Of a DNA stretch of 64,000 nt, positions 24,766 to 36,800 are shown one piece after another. Every line of letters starts with the position of its first letter. Position 1 is the first letter of the stretch. This stretch comes from Laetmonice hystrix (lineage: Eukaryota), in the NCBI GenBank assembly GCA_965235115.1, contig OZ249448.1:19716001-19780000 (forward strand), written 5' to 3'. The position numbers and the translations under genes are program-made. The notes below the pieces were generated by a model. That model did no database searches, was not told where the DNA came from, and saw only the letters and a list, made by a program, of their open reading frames with translations.

Positions 24766-24973
24766 TTAAGCCCGGGATACACGGGGCAATTCGTCGCATG
24801 CGACGCGTTGCATGCAACCAGTCGCCCCGTGTATCTGCCTGCGTCGCGTCGCCTGAGGGAGGGGCGACGCGTCGCCCCAAAATCCAACATGTTGGATTTT
24901 GGGGCGACGCGTCGCCTCCCCCTGAGGCAACGCGGTTGCATGCGACGAGTTGCCCCGTGTATCCCGGGCTTAA
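24766..24973. mobile_element. Palindromic (foldback) MITE with TTAA/TWA flanks
   Basis: TTAAGCCCGGGATACACGGGGCAA at 24766 and TTGCCCCGTGTATCCCGGGCTTAA ending 24973. Central 54-bp perfect palindrome at 24863-24916. Confidence 0.92.
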
Positions 24974-26697
24974 GAATATAAGAAAGAGGTCAATCTATAA
25001 TATAGGCCTGACCTATACCTTCACGGCCACCACACCTGGTAAGCCGGTGCGGCTTGTCAACAATTTATGTGGGAAGGACTTTGTTATGAACTGTCTGAGC
25101 CAAACGCACCATTTAGTAGACTATTTCCCACCATATCCATTCACTTATCTCTGACAGAGTTCTGCTGTAGAATCCTGGCAGTGCACGGAGCGGAGACACA
25201 GGTTTTGCCATCTGTCAAAGGTAGAAATTCGTCATCCGGTGGGTGGCCTGTAAATGAATGGTGCCTGGAAAGCTGTCCATCACTGATTGATTTACAGATT
25301 GGTCCCTGGTTATCGGAATCTGTCGGCTTTCTCACTTAGATTGGGTAAAAGCCAAGCTGACCACTGCCTAAGTAAGGGAAAGTAAACTCCCAACATCCTC
25401 CAATGCATGTGCACGGTTAACTAAAAACACTATACACTGGCACTCTGATGGATTAGACCTGCACATTTATCCATTTTTTACAGTTCGCTTACCAATAGCT
25501 GGCCTTAGAATCAGTCTAGTTTTGCAATTGATTAATGGATACTTTCATGGAGAATTTATTTTTGAGTATGGTATGATAAAGAAATACTTTCAGTTACTGC
25601 TACAAAAAAAACATTCATTTCAAATGCATTAGTCTTATCAATGTAATAGGATAACTTCCCCTTGGGGAGCTTATTTTAGTATAAGTTCTCCCCCCACCTG
25701 GGCAAGCCTCCCCCTGCTATTCTATAGCTAGAGATTGTCTCATCAATCAAACAGATTACATAAAAACACACTTCACTTGCTGAAAAACAGACTTAAATTT
25801 GCAACTACCGCTTTCTGTAATGACCATTAACAATGACGCTACTGTGGAGGGAGACGTCTCAGGCCAGGACGACCTCTCGTATAATATTCTCACACCCCAA
25901 CGTTCTTAACCCCAACAGGATACAGTATTGTTCCATTCCAAGGTACTGACTCCACACAGACTTTCAGAAAGGAGTGGAAATTCTTCAAGAAAGGAGATTA
26001 TCCTAAAAGATTGGTAATTAACCAATGAATCATATTTCCATTGCTGCCAGCCTCTAGTTCCAAACACTAAATCAAGATAAATACAGGAGAACTTGTATTT
26101 GCAGAATTCCTGTTGCTATCTAGCTTTCGCCTGGCCAGTGCAAGGGGAACTGCTGAATGTCATTGGCATCTTATCAGAAACACCCTCAAGCTGATCTATG
26201 CGTCACATTTTAACCTAGAAAGGTAGATTATGGCGTCCAAACTATATCAACTTAATTTACTTCTGTACCTATGATCGTGTCTGATACGGGGCGAGAATAA
26301 GTTCTGTATCATCCCGCCACACGTGACACTTCATTTCCGGGTGTTGCTGATATGTTCGTGGACGGTGAACAACGTCAGACATCACACAAGATGGAATCAC
26401 CACACCCGGCCGTCCTAGCCAGTTGATTTAAATCAGCCGATACCAATGGCAAGCCGGAGTACGCCAATGTTTTACATTACAAATGGCATGAAGTACAAGT
26501 GTGCAGCAGAGAATGAATGATGCAATCAAACTGCAGCAATGTATAGCATTTTTCTATTGTGAATTTCGTATTCATAACAAAATTAGCATAATGTACAAAA
26601 AATTGTTCTTCCCAATAAATTTGTTGGTATGACCATCTCTAGAATTTACTACAGAGACGGAAACGGTGTCACGTGCTCATCTGTCATTCACTTTCAG

Positions 26698-26817
26698 GAA
26701 GAAATATAAGTAAAAACCAATTGCACACAGAACCAGTGGCCACAGCAATGACCTCCGGGTATGCTTCGCACCGGAAGGAGATTTATCCATGCAAATGTCG
26801 GTACAGAATTCTGGAAT
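26698..26817 (+). other. Candidate orphan exon (120 nt, phase 1-1)
   Basis: Acceptor CATTCACTTTCAG and donor AAT|GTAAGT; single open frame RNISKNQLHTEPVATAMTSGYASHRKEIYPCKCRYRILE. No recognisable homology. Confidence 0.33.
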
Positions 26818-27892
26818 GTAAGTATGGGGACCACTACTAGTAAGAACCAGTACTTGGCATGACCATCATATTACAAACAATCACTTTTATGAATATTTAT
26901 AATTTAAATATGCTGTGATTGCATTACTTCTTGTTTACCATGTCCTCCCGAGGGACTTTGCCAATGTTGAGATCTGGTTTTAACAACCATCCAATTGGTA
27001 TATTTTCAGATGTTTGACAAACACATCAAAACATCGAATTAAAAGGCACAGCTTGCACATGACGTATACTCATTCTGGAAGTAAGCAGCATTGAAGTAAT
27101 AAATCACTGCCTGACGGATATGATACCAAGCTGTTTTACCTTACTCATTACAAACCATGAACTGCGCAAGTATTCCGTGGAATAACGCAACTGTTCATAT
27201 GACACCTCACTTGGCCCAGATCGCACCAGATTTTCACCGTCGTTTGGGTACGACTTGGTTTCCCACTTCGCTCAGCCTCGCCTTCTGTCTCCCTGTCTCT
27301 CCCTCGCTCTCTCTCTCCGGGCCGTGCCTCAAAAGGGAGACGACTTGGGAAACACTGCCAACTCCATCACTTGTGAGTTCTTTGATTAGCAACATTCATC
27401 CTCGTCGGTGCCCTCAATCAGACCACACCTGAGGTCACGTTGATCATGGGCAGTTCCCAGGGTCCTGGAGAAAAACTAGACCTGCCGACGGTACGCAGAA
27501 AGGTCCACTTTTGTTTGCCTATACAGTCAGTCACGCTAGTAAAAACTGGCACTTTGAATTGGAATTAAAGACTCAAAGGAGACTGATGAGCAAACAACAG
27601 AAAAGGTGGAAGAAGTGTTTCCTGTCAATACCCTTATTGCATTACAGGTCTCAAGAAAAGAAAAAAAGAAATGGGGTTAAAGAAAGTGTTCATTTGTTGC
27701 AAGTGTCTCAGAGAATGAGGTAAACCGAGTCTGGCTTCGAAGAACTGAGTTAACTATGCCAAGCACATATTTCATTCATGACTGTGGCAACTGAGCCTGA
27801 TGAATGCGACACCCACGTTATTGATCATGTGACCATGACCTTCAAGAATGGGTCAGGGGTCAAAGGTAGGTTGCTGCTCTTTCTGTCTGCAG

Positions 27893-27984
27893 GTCAGAAT
27901 GTCCATATCGGACTGATCCTATGCATAAAAACCAGGCTGCCACGGCATTGCCACAAATCTGAACCTGACTCAGAACGTCACTAG
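27893..27984 (+). other. Candidate terminal exon
   Basis: Acceptor CTCTTTCTGTCTGCAG; phase-1 frame QNVHIGLILCIKTRLPRHCHKSEPDSERH then stop. Confidence 0.22.
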
Positions 27985-28445
27985 GAGACGGACATGAAAG
28001 TCTGGTATTTTCCATCAAGGGCATCTGAAGGTCATCAGAATATTCTTCAGCAAAGAACAAAAAACAGACAGACAATATGTCCTTATGAAATGATTAATAC
28101 AATTTGTCACGGACACAATATCCTTTTGTCTCTACCACTGCAATATAAATATTGACATCGTATGGCTTGAACGTTTTTGGCTGGAGCCAAGGCCATGCAG
28201 TTGGCTTTGATATAGGCCTTTATTAATTCTGAATGGCAGACTGTAATACAGATCAATCTCATAATAAGCGAAGACAACTTAAGCCAAAGGGACATCACAG
28301 ACTTTGAAAATGCAGACAAGGGCTTTAATGGTACATGATATTTTGTTGCCAACTCTTTCGCAACCATTGCACTAAACCGAACAATAAATAATATTTCTGA
28401 AATTCAAGAGAACTGTTACATATTTACGAAAATTATCTTATACCT

Positions 28446-28529
28446 AGGTCCAGTTCGTGAGTAGACCCACCAATCAGAAGCCTTAAGCTTAATCTTAAGC
28501 AAGATCTTAAGTTTCTACGAACTGGGCCC
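28446..28529. mobile_element. Very small Harbinger-type MITE (~84 bp)
   Basis: AGGTCCAGTTCGT at the left and ACGAACTGGGCCC at the right (11/13 inverted match); three internal CTTAAG. TSD unclear. Confidence 0.6.
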
Positions 28530-29361
28530 GGGAGTGGTTTCATGTAGCTTTAAACTTAAATGGTGCTGGCACAAAAGAGCACAACAACCATTCTTATTTC
28601 ACTGGCATCAGCGCATTAGCTGAGGATCGCAATCTGTCCTTCTGAAATCGTTCCTAGTGAATCAAGCAGAATGGAGGATCTGTTCTGATGCCGTTGTCAA
28701 GACCAACATAGGACATCGGTCTGCTGAGTGGCCTCTCTCTTATCCAGTTGTCTGAGACTAACTCCATGACTGACATTTTAATTTGTTACCTCGGACAACA
28801 ATGCAGACTGGCCTGTCGGTAAGACCACTGACAAAGTCGGGACTCCTCACAGATGCAAACCGACAGTCCAACATTCAAATGAGACACACAGAGCACAAAT
28901 CCCTTCCAGATCAGAACAAAATCCTCCTCAAGTATCGACAGTTCAGCATGATTAATTTCAAAAGGACACGGAGGGATAAGTCCTCTTACAGATGCAGTCC
29001 TGTGTAAGCCTGATGGAGGGCTGGGGAGCAGCAACTAATTCAATCTAAGGTTAGTAGAGCCGACCTTATTACATAAGTTACAACCATCGATATGAGCGTC
29101 CATGCACTTTGGGCAAAAGGGATGCAATTAAAAAGATTATCTGATGCTCAAACGTTGCAGAGAACTAGCCCCCTCCCCAACCAGACCCCCCCCCCCCACA
29201 CACACACACACCCTTGTTCACACCTTCATGTTTAGAAAGTGATCGAACTCTTTTCACGTATAAGTTTATTTTAGCATTCATGTCAACCCTTTCACAAAGA
29301 TTTAGGACCAATGATATCATATGAAGGTCATATGATGTCAAGTGGAACAAACCAAGGTTAG

Positions 29362-29570
29362 TCAACAGGTGGCAGTATAGGCGGCTTCACCATATTACGT
29401 CATATGACGGTCACACAGGTGTCGCTTTTAAATAAAATAAATACTTTAATATTCGATAGGTGGCGTTATAGGTGGCATGACCTAATTATCTCATACGAAG
29501 GTCATGCAGGTGTCGCTGTTATTAAGTGGGGGGAAATGGTTACTTTAGAATACAATAGATGGCATAACTG
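29362..29570 (+). repeat. Degenerate tandem repeat, period ~91-99 bp
   Basis: 29367-29426 vs 29458-29517 match at 47 of 60 positions (hand count). A third partial unit starts near 29552. Confidence 0.75.
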
Positions 29571-32500
29571 GCGTCTGATTCCAGAGTGCTCATATTTTAC
29601 CGACTATTTTGGGACCAGACACAGGGAGTAGATGGTAGCAGTCTGAGTCATGAATTCATCAGTACGGGAGTGTGTCAGTTACATATACGTCAGTAGAGTT
29701 TAAAATAACCAAAATTAAATTCTGTCAAAATCAAACAGGACTTGGATTTTAGTATTTTGGATCCGCTTCTCTGTGTCTATCACAAGAATAAAGTAAATCA
29801 AACACGATTTATCATGATTTCATCTGGCAGAAGGGTAAATCATAAAATCCATTTACAAACACTTACGGAAAGTGGATTTCCGTTGCCATCATGCAAACGG
29901 TAAACCGAGGATTACCATCAGGTATTTACCATTTTGAGACCAGAAACCATCATGCCACCAACCAGCTTGAAAACCAATCGTCGAACCGATTCTTAGCCCT
30001 TCAAATTATTATCAAATGCATATGGAAAGAGCAGCGTGACTCCGCTGAATGGTGTTCACAATAGTAAGTTAGCAGAAAATTATTATAATCGACATGCAAA
30101 TTCAGCATTGTGTCCTTATTAGAAAATTATTCACGTATTTAAACCTGAAAAAATGTGAAATCATTTCAGATGGCTGCAAACTCTAAACTATTTTTACTGA
30201 GGCAAAGTAAATTTCATGGAATTAATCAACATCAATTGAATGCTATGAATCTGGTAGACCTCGAGTCAACATAACTAGCGGTGGTAGAAAGTAATCCAGT
30301 CAATAATTTCTAAAATGCTCAACTGGTGACAAAAAAAAAGAATGTATCGTATATCATAATAAACAAACCTCTCAATTTCAAAGTGTTCATCTACCGATTC
30401 AATGTCTCACTGCTTTAAGTCGACTACACTGGAAGTATCACTCTCAGGTATGAGCTCATAACATGCATGCACGTTTGGCCACCTGTCACATGATAAATCT
30501 CAAAATCTGATTAGGCAAGTTACTGAAACAAACTGAACTAATACTGTCCTCTTGATGAGCCATTGTTCCCCTGAACTGAGTTAACTACAAGAAAAGAAAT
30601 AGGAACAATTCTTGGCACTGCTGTCTTTGAATGAGCGTTTATTTTCATCCCCTCTGGAGAAGGTTCTTTGTGTAAAGCGATCATGAACTGAAAAGAAAGG
30701 TCTGGAAGATATTTATGGAGAAATGTCAATGTTCCTTCCTTGCACATTGGTATCAAATTAGCCTATAACAAAGGGCAAAGCATTATTTGTTCTTAGACAC
30801 TCGACCTCGTGTCTCACATACTTTTCGTAACTAAGAAAATGGATCATCATTAGCAAAATAAAATTATTTTCAGCTCCTTCGCCATTCTAGCTTTCATAAT
30901 TTGACACGATCTGTCGGACAGGGCATAAATATGTGCCTTTAAACTTTTAGACCTTGCGTGCTCGACAGACTTGAACAGACTACCGGGATACTCGGAACTA
31001 GGATAAAGTGTTGAGGAGAAATACTAAAGAAACATTATTCAGCCTTACATGTTAACGTCCCATGCCTTTTTATTCTTTATAAACAAACGACAGATGATAT
31101 TTGTTCTGTGGGGTGGTAACCCAGAGTTTTGTTCAAGAGTTCCCTCAATCCGAAAGGCCACGTCCCCTGGTATATACCAAGACAACTGAGGTAGTCTAAC
31201 CAGCATTTTGTGAGTATGTTGCAGCATGTGTGAGACATTTTCTACTAGTCAATCTCTCTTTATTTTACCGTAACATATTCTGATGTTCAGAACACTAATA
31301 CCGCTGATGTTCAGGCAGCCAGAGTTTGGCACCCCTCAGGGTGTGATTCTGCTCTCAATGTCTCAGCAAATGGTACCTCCTCACTCTCAGCCGCTCCCGT
31401 TCGTGACATCATAAAGTTACCGAATTGAATAACGAGTTGGATTTAAAGGAACTTACCCTGCAGCATTATTCAAAGAGCACAAAGAGATTGAGCCACTATC
31501 ATCCACATCTTACTGTTACCATTCAAGCCCATCAGATCATGGGCTTATTTCAGGGGCAAATTTGATTTTGGGCCTTTGTTTAATGTCAAGAGTAGTCAAT
31601 AAGCCAATTCTTCCTCGCCTTGGTGCTGAATATGATGGCCTTTTTATCAGCCCCTTGCATTTCCCATTGTTTTTCATCCACAAAGCTGGCATGTCTAATC
31701 GGGTTTTAAGCCCAATGTACATAATTACAATTTGGCTTTGTGCACTGCTACTCGAATTGCGATACTCAAATAGATTTTTCCGCATGGCTGAACTTTGGCA
31801 GCGCACCCTGGTGAGATACAAAGGGATCTACACGGCAGCGATAATGATGATGGGAAATAATGTGTCCCATGCAGATACTATTGTGTGCATGCCAAGCTGC
31901 TCTGAGGCACAGAAGAGGAGGGCCGCTCAGGCCGAGCCAACTACAGACCCCTCAAACGTCATTAGCATGAAGAGAACAAGAGTTGCTCTGGTAATTAGCT
32001 ACCATAATTGGCCTCTGATTTGGGACAGAGAACTTGGATTCTTGAGGAAAAAGCTGAAAGACAGAGGTTCCAAATTACTGATTAGTTATTCTCACCCTCA
32101 GTGGGGGATATCTGGCTGAAAGAGCTGTTGCTTTTGTGAACTCAAGCATTCCTTCACACGCCCACTCATTGTCATGTCATTGGTCAAATGACAGTCACAT
32201 GATTTATGTCATCTGGGTCAGAGCACTCTCGAGGCACTTCTCGCCAGGTTTAATTGTTTGGGGTTTGGTCGGCAGCTAATGGGCTTTGGGTTACTATTGG
32301 CACGCTAATGGTGAAATACCACATTAAGGTTCCGTGTTCAATATCAGAACCGACAAGTCTATGATGTTAATATTATCACAGATTCGATTTTTTAAAGCTT
32401 CCCACATTTGGTGGGAGAGATTTCTGAAGTGTCTACTAACCGTTATTTGTACAGAAAATGTTACTCATCACGTCTTGCCCGATATGTGTCATGACCTTTC

Positions 32501-33559
32501 TGACGTTCCGGATGATCATCACAATTTTTTCCGTCTATTTTTCTTATGTAAAATTAGTTCCAAGAAAAGGCGAGAAAAATCATTCTATGTGCTAAGATTT
32601 GATATCCTACGAATCTGTTTGAGACTCGGCTTTCTGAATAAAAACATGGCTCGCTACTCTTTATGTTCCCTTGGATTTTCATCCATCAAAGTTGTGATGG
32701 GTTGGCAGTAGCACATCCATAGGATCTTACATTACTGCGCGCCTATCTTTATAACATCTACAAATAATTGCCTGCCATGAATGATCTAAGTAATATCCTA
32801 TTAAAACCTTACTAATAACTTCCAGGGATTATCATTACTCGTATAGTCGCCCCAGATCACAGAGAATGCAAAAGTTTCTCACTATTTCCGTAAAAAAAAA
32901 TTCTCTAGTGATCCTCTCTACCATTATGTAGACCTTCGTGGTAGACATCCACGAAAGAAATCGTTGACCAATGAAGCACACAAGACGGTATTAACCACTC
33001 GGATGATCCGGCAGATTAAAGGGAACTCCAGGGGTGACTTCCTGGGGGATTATCTCCTATTGTCTTTGATGATTATTGCTAAATCCTACAACTATATGCT
33101 ATTGTCTGCGGCTCTGTGGCGTTTTCATTGATTGTCTCTCGGGTGGCGTTTGAAGTGTGCATGGTAATGGTAGCGCCTTGACTTAAGAACGCCTTACACA
33201 TCACTCGAGGAGCTTTCAACATCTGCCGCTGAAACCTTTCACAACTGGGATTTCTTATCACAAATCTCTCACGACACTGCGCTACTACACGCTATCTGAT
33301 CACACATTACAGAATAAAGTTTTGCAATACACATCTCAGACACGAACTTATATCCCAAAGCAAAGGAAGAGAAGAATATGTGACACGTCTTCATAAAATG
33401 TCTTTATGGAGAACGCAATAATTAAGGCCCTGGTACAAAGGGATTACGGTCCTTGATTTTGAGTTTGAGGTCTCCATGCAGTTTTATTTGTTTCCTATCA
33501 GTTCCAAGTTTTGAGAATAGGGTACCATTTTTTATTCAATTCCCCCCTTGGGGATAAGG

Positions 33560-33662
33560 CCTGAGAAATATCCTCAGCGTAAACCCTGGCTGTTCGTAAA
33601 AGGAGACAAATGGGGCGAGGGCTGGTGTGGGGAAGCGGTCGGAGTGTCCGATTGCAAGACCA
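33560..33662 (-). mobile_element. Possible SINE/LINE 3' tail fragment
   Basis: Reverse complement reads CCATTTGTCTCCTTTTACGAACAGCCAGGGTTTACGCTGAGGATATTT, resembling a widespread invertebrate retroposon tail (recall only). Confidence 0.3.
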
Positions 33663-33711
33663 TCTGCGTGGCAAAATAGCAAAGTCCTTCCAGCACTATT
33701 TGTTTCTCACT

Positions 33712-33866
33712 GACCCTCCCCAGTGCTCCGCAACTGGGTCATCAAAGGCTTTGGTGTGTCTGTGTGACTGGACATAATTATTTTAAAGAACGTTTGCCAC
33801 ATTTTCGAAAAGAGTAGGGGATTGCCTCCCGGTGGCAGGTTTCTCTCTCACTTCATCCTTATCATG
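33712..33866 (+). mobile_element. SINE fragment with a Meta/Deu-type conserved central domain
   Basis: CCAGTGCTCCGCAACTGGGTCATCAAAGGC...TAAAGAAC...TCGAAAAGAGTAGGGG...CCCGGTG resembles the conserved core of metazoan SINE superfamilies (recall; needs Dfam/Repbase). Confidence 0.45.
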
Positions 33867-36800
33867 ACTCACCCCTTGGGACTCGGGGCTAATATAGGTC
33901 GTTTGACTGAATTAAATGGTTCCTCTGGCTCTGACAGGGCGTACAACCTCCAATTCACTCACTCACTCTTCAGTTCACATCACTGACCGGAGCAAAGAGA
34001 TTTATACAGTAATGTTTTAATCATTAAAGATAGGTTACGATCTTTCAATTCACCTCATAGTAGAAAACTGCGAAATTACATAGAGATGAACCAAGTGGAC
34101 CTGACTGACACCCAGAGAACTCGTAGACCAATTGATTTCAGTTACGGCAGTCCCTCTGTCCTCTGAGCACTTCAATATCGATTCTTCAGAATTCCACGCT
34201 TTACAATTCTTGGGTACTTCTGGAAATTAGATTCTAGTTAGCATAGCTCCTTAATCTAGTTGTAGTATAAGGTGGTAGGAAAGGCTTTTAGCCCAGCCAG
34301 CACCTTGTAATTGTTAACGCTGACCTCATAGTGTTGCATTTCATTCGTATAAACATTGCATTTGAAATTCAGAACACCAAGTATGAAATACCCGGATCAG
34401 ATATAAATCTGGTGCCCCGTTATGTAGGGAGCTATATAGGGGGATCTAGTACAATAAATGAAAAATGTAACGGCAAGTAAAAAAGTAATGACACAAAATT
34501 GAGTGTAAAGTTTAATATGTTTAATTTTCTCATCTAGAGTGCTAATATGCGCTGTTTACCAGGGCACTGTATTAGGAGAATGGGAAGGCAATGAAGCTTA
34601 CCGCTTCTAATTAATAATTTGGAGAAAAGTGTGCATAATAAAATAGTCCCGTATGATCATCAATCTAACGCCTTTAGTATGTTCTTCAAGTGGTTGCGCC
34701 TGCACTTCAGAGTCGGGAATGTTATTAGCGTGCTGATAATGGGTCGCTTGAGCAACCCTCCCCTGAGTGCACCCCCAACAATCGTACAGAACGCCAAATA
34801 GATAACACAGAAATGAGAATGCAGATCTAATTTAAGCAGTAATGAGTTTATAACTGAGGCATAAATGGGAAATGATGAACCAGATTTTCCTTCGTTTGGG
34901 AATTGAGCTCATCTAGTGCACCCAACAAAATCTGAATTTCATCATTCACATTCATAATTTTAACGATTAGTCTGAATGTATCGCGATGTTTCAAAATATA
35001 ATTTCCTGACTGTTGAATCAAAATTCATATTCTTGTAATTGTGAGAATGTCAGTCTAGAGAGGCTGGTGCTTCCTGATTACAACATCATTCAATGACATT
35101 CAATTTTTTGTCACCCATGGCAAATTAATACCATCTTATGGCAAGATACTGCAGACCTGAAAACTTAACATAAAACATGGTGCAAATGGTTTAAGAAACC
35201 TGTCTGCTTTGCATTTGTGAAAACAGCGAATCCATTATTCCTTTCATTCTCAATTAATAAAATTGGTGTCATTAATTATGAGTCTTTTTGCCTGGCCTTT
35301 CATGTCGCGACAGTATGCACGTGGGGAAGTTGGAGTTGCAATGATACCACTCCTGGTTTCCGCATGAATGCACACCTGCTCTGACGCCCTTACAAAAGAA
35401 TTTCTCTTGCATCAACCAATCGCCAAATTGATTCCTCGCAGAAGACAGCATCGCCAGGTACTTCAAGGAATGGAGGAATTTCTGTGCACTGTCTCACAGT
35501 GTGTCATTAAAGTGAGCATGTCTCTTTGAACAGCGAAATACAACCAGTTGTCGTCTTTGGAAGAACGCCGGCGGCTGGGAACGGGAAGACTGGGGTTGGG
35601 GGTTAGACAGCACCTTCCTGAGGATTTATCTTAATATAACATAATGAAGTGCCGCAATCATATTAGACAACATGGAATGTAGAGTGAGATCCGACAGGGG
35701 CGGGCCCAGCCACTCTAAATTGGTCTTTATTAAATAAATCTCTGAAAGTTACTTCTTCTAATGGGGAATGGGGTGGGGAAAAATAGTCCATTTGAAAATA
35801 AATTCCATCCTTGTTATCATTTGACAAATGCATTTTGATTGCACTCCTAAAGATGTCATATTATCCGTGCCATACGAACTTCCGTATCCGTTCCCCCTTA
35901 CACACACGTAGGCCTGCATTTATCGATTAAAGAAACGAGCCGGTGTAGCGCTAAATGATTGTGACCGTAGAAAAATGGATATTTCCCATTAAACGATGGG
36001 AAATATTGTACCTGTGAGATTTCAATAAATGACTGTCACGCCGTTCTGTCTGGTGGAGCCGGCCAAGGTTGTGGCCATGGCCTTTCTGAACTGACCTTTA
36101 GTTGCGATTAGTTAATAAAAGTTGCGTGTATTGCTGGAGGGATTCTTGTGCTGTCAATAAGACACCCATCAGAAGATAGTGCCTGCCATGGGACCGGCTC
36201 TACTGTCATGGAAATTGGACTGAACATTGTTTCAAGCCCAGGCCTGACTGACATCCAGGACAGATCAAAGAGTGTTGATCCCTTGACGAGGTTCGAATCG
36301 TTGAAGGAGACGTAAATCCCTGTCTGTGTCTTTGGTTGGGGTGTAGTCCTTGAAACCGGTACATTCCCAGAGGACCGCGTTTCCAAGCCTACTACTTCAC
36401 TCAAGATAACCTAAGCCTTGCCTGGTGTCTGCTCTCCCTGCCATTGCCAGGGAATGTCTTGAATGATAATTACTTTTCTGGTCCAGTCTCTCCCGCGAGA
36501 GCTGGCTGTATGGATCACGGAAGTAATATAGAATAAACTGGTGTCAAACCCAGCTTTCAAGTCAGAAATACAGATTTGTAGCTTTCGAATGCTGCTATGA
36601 TTCAAACTACTTTACTAAAGGCAGACGCCGAGATAAACTCAATTCCATCATCAAAAGCAAAAGCCTGCACAAAACCTTTGAAGTAAAACCATAACAAATT
36701 GCACTCTCCAGCTTTTAATCTGGCTGCATCCCCAGCAGAAATTATACTATGGGTGAATCCTTGATAAGGGCCACAATCTTGGAAATGGTGATTCTAATCT

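Noticed and set aside
24723-25154. Mirror-image Arg-rich ORFs
   Set aside because: Produced by the stop-poor palindromic MITE.
31562-32119. Longest ORF (185 aa); 'KRTRVALVISY' resembles a caspase p20 start
   Set aside because: No His-Gly or QACRG catalytic motifs, a non-ATG start, and no exon structure or other recognisable domain.
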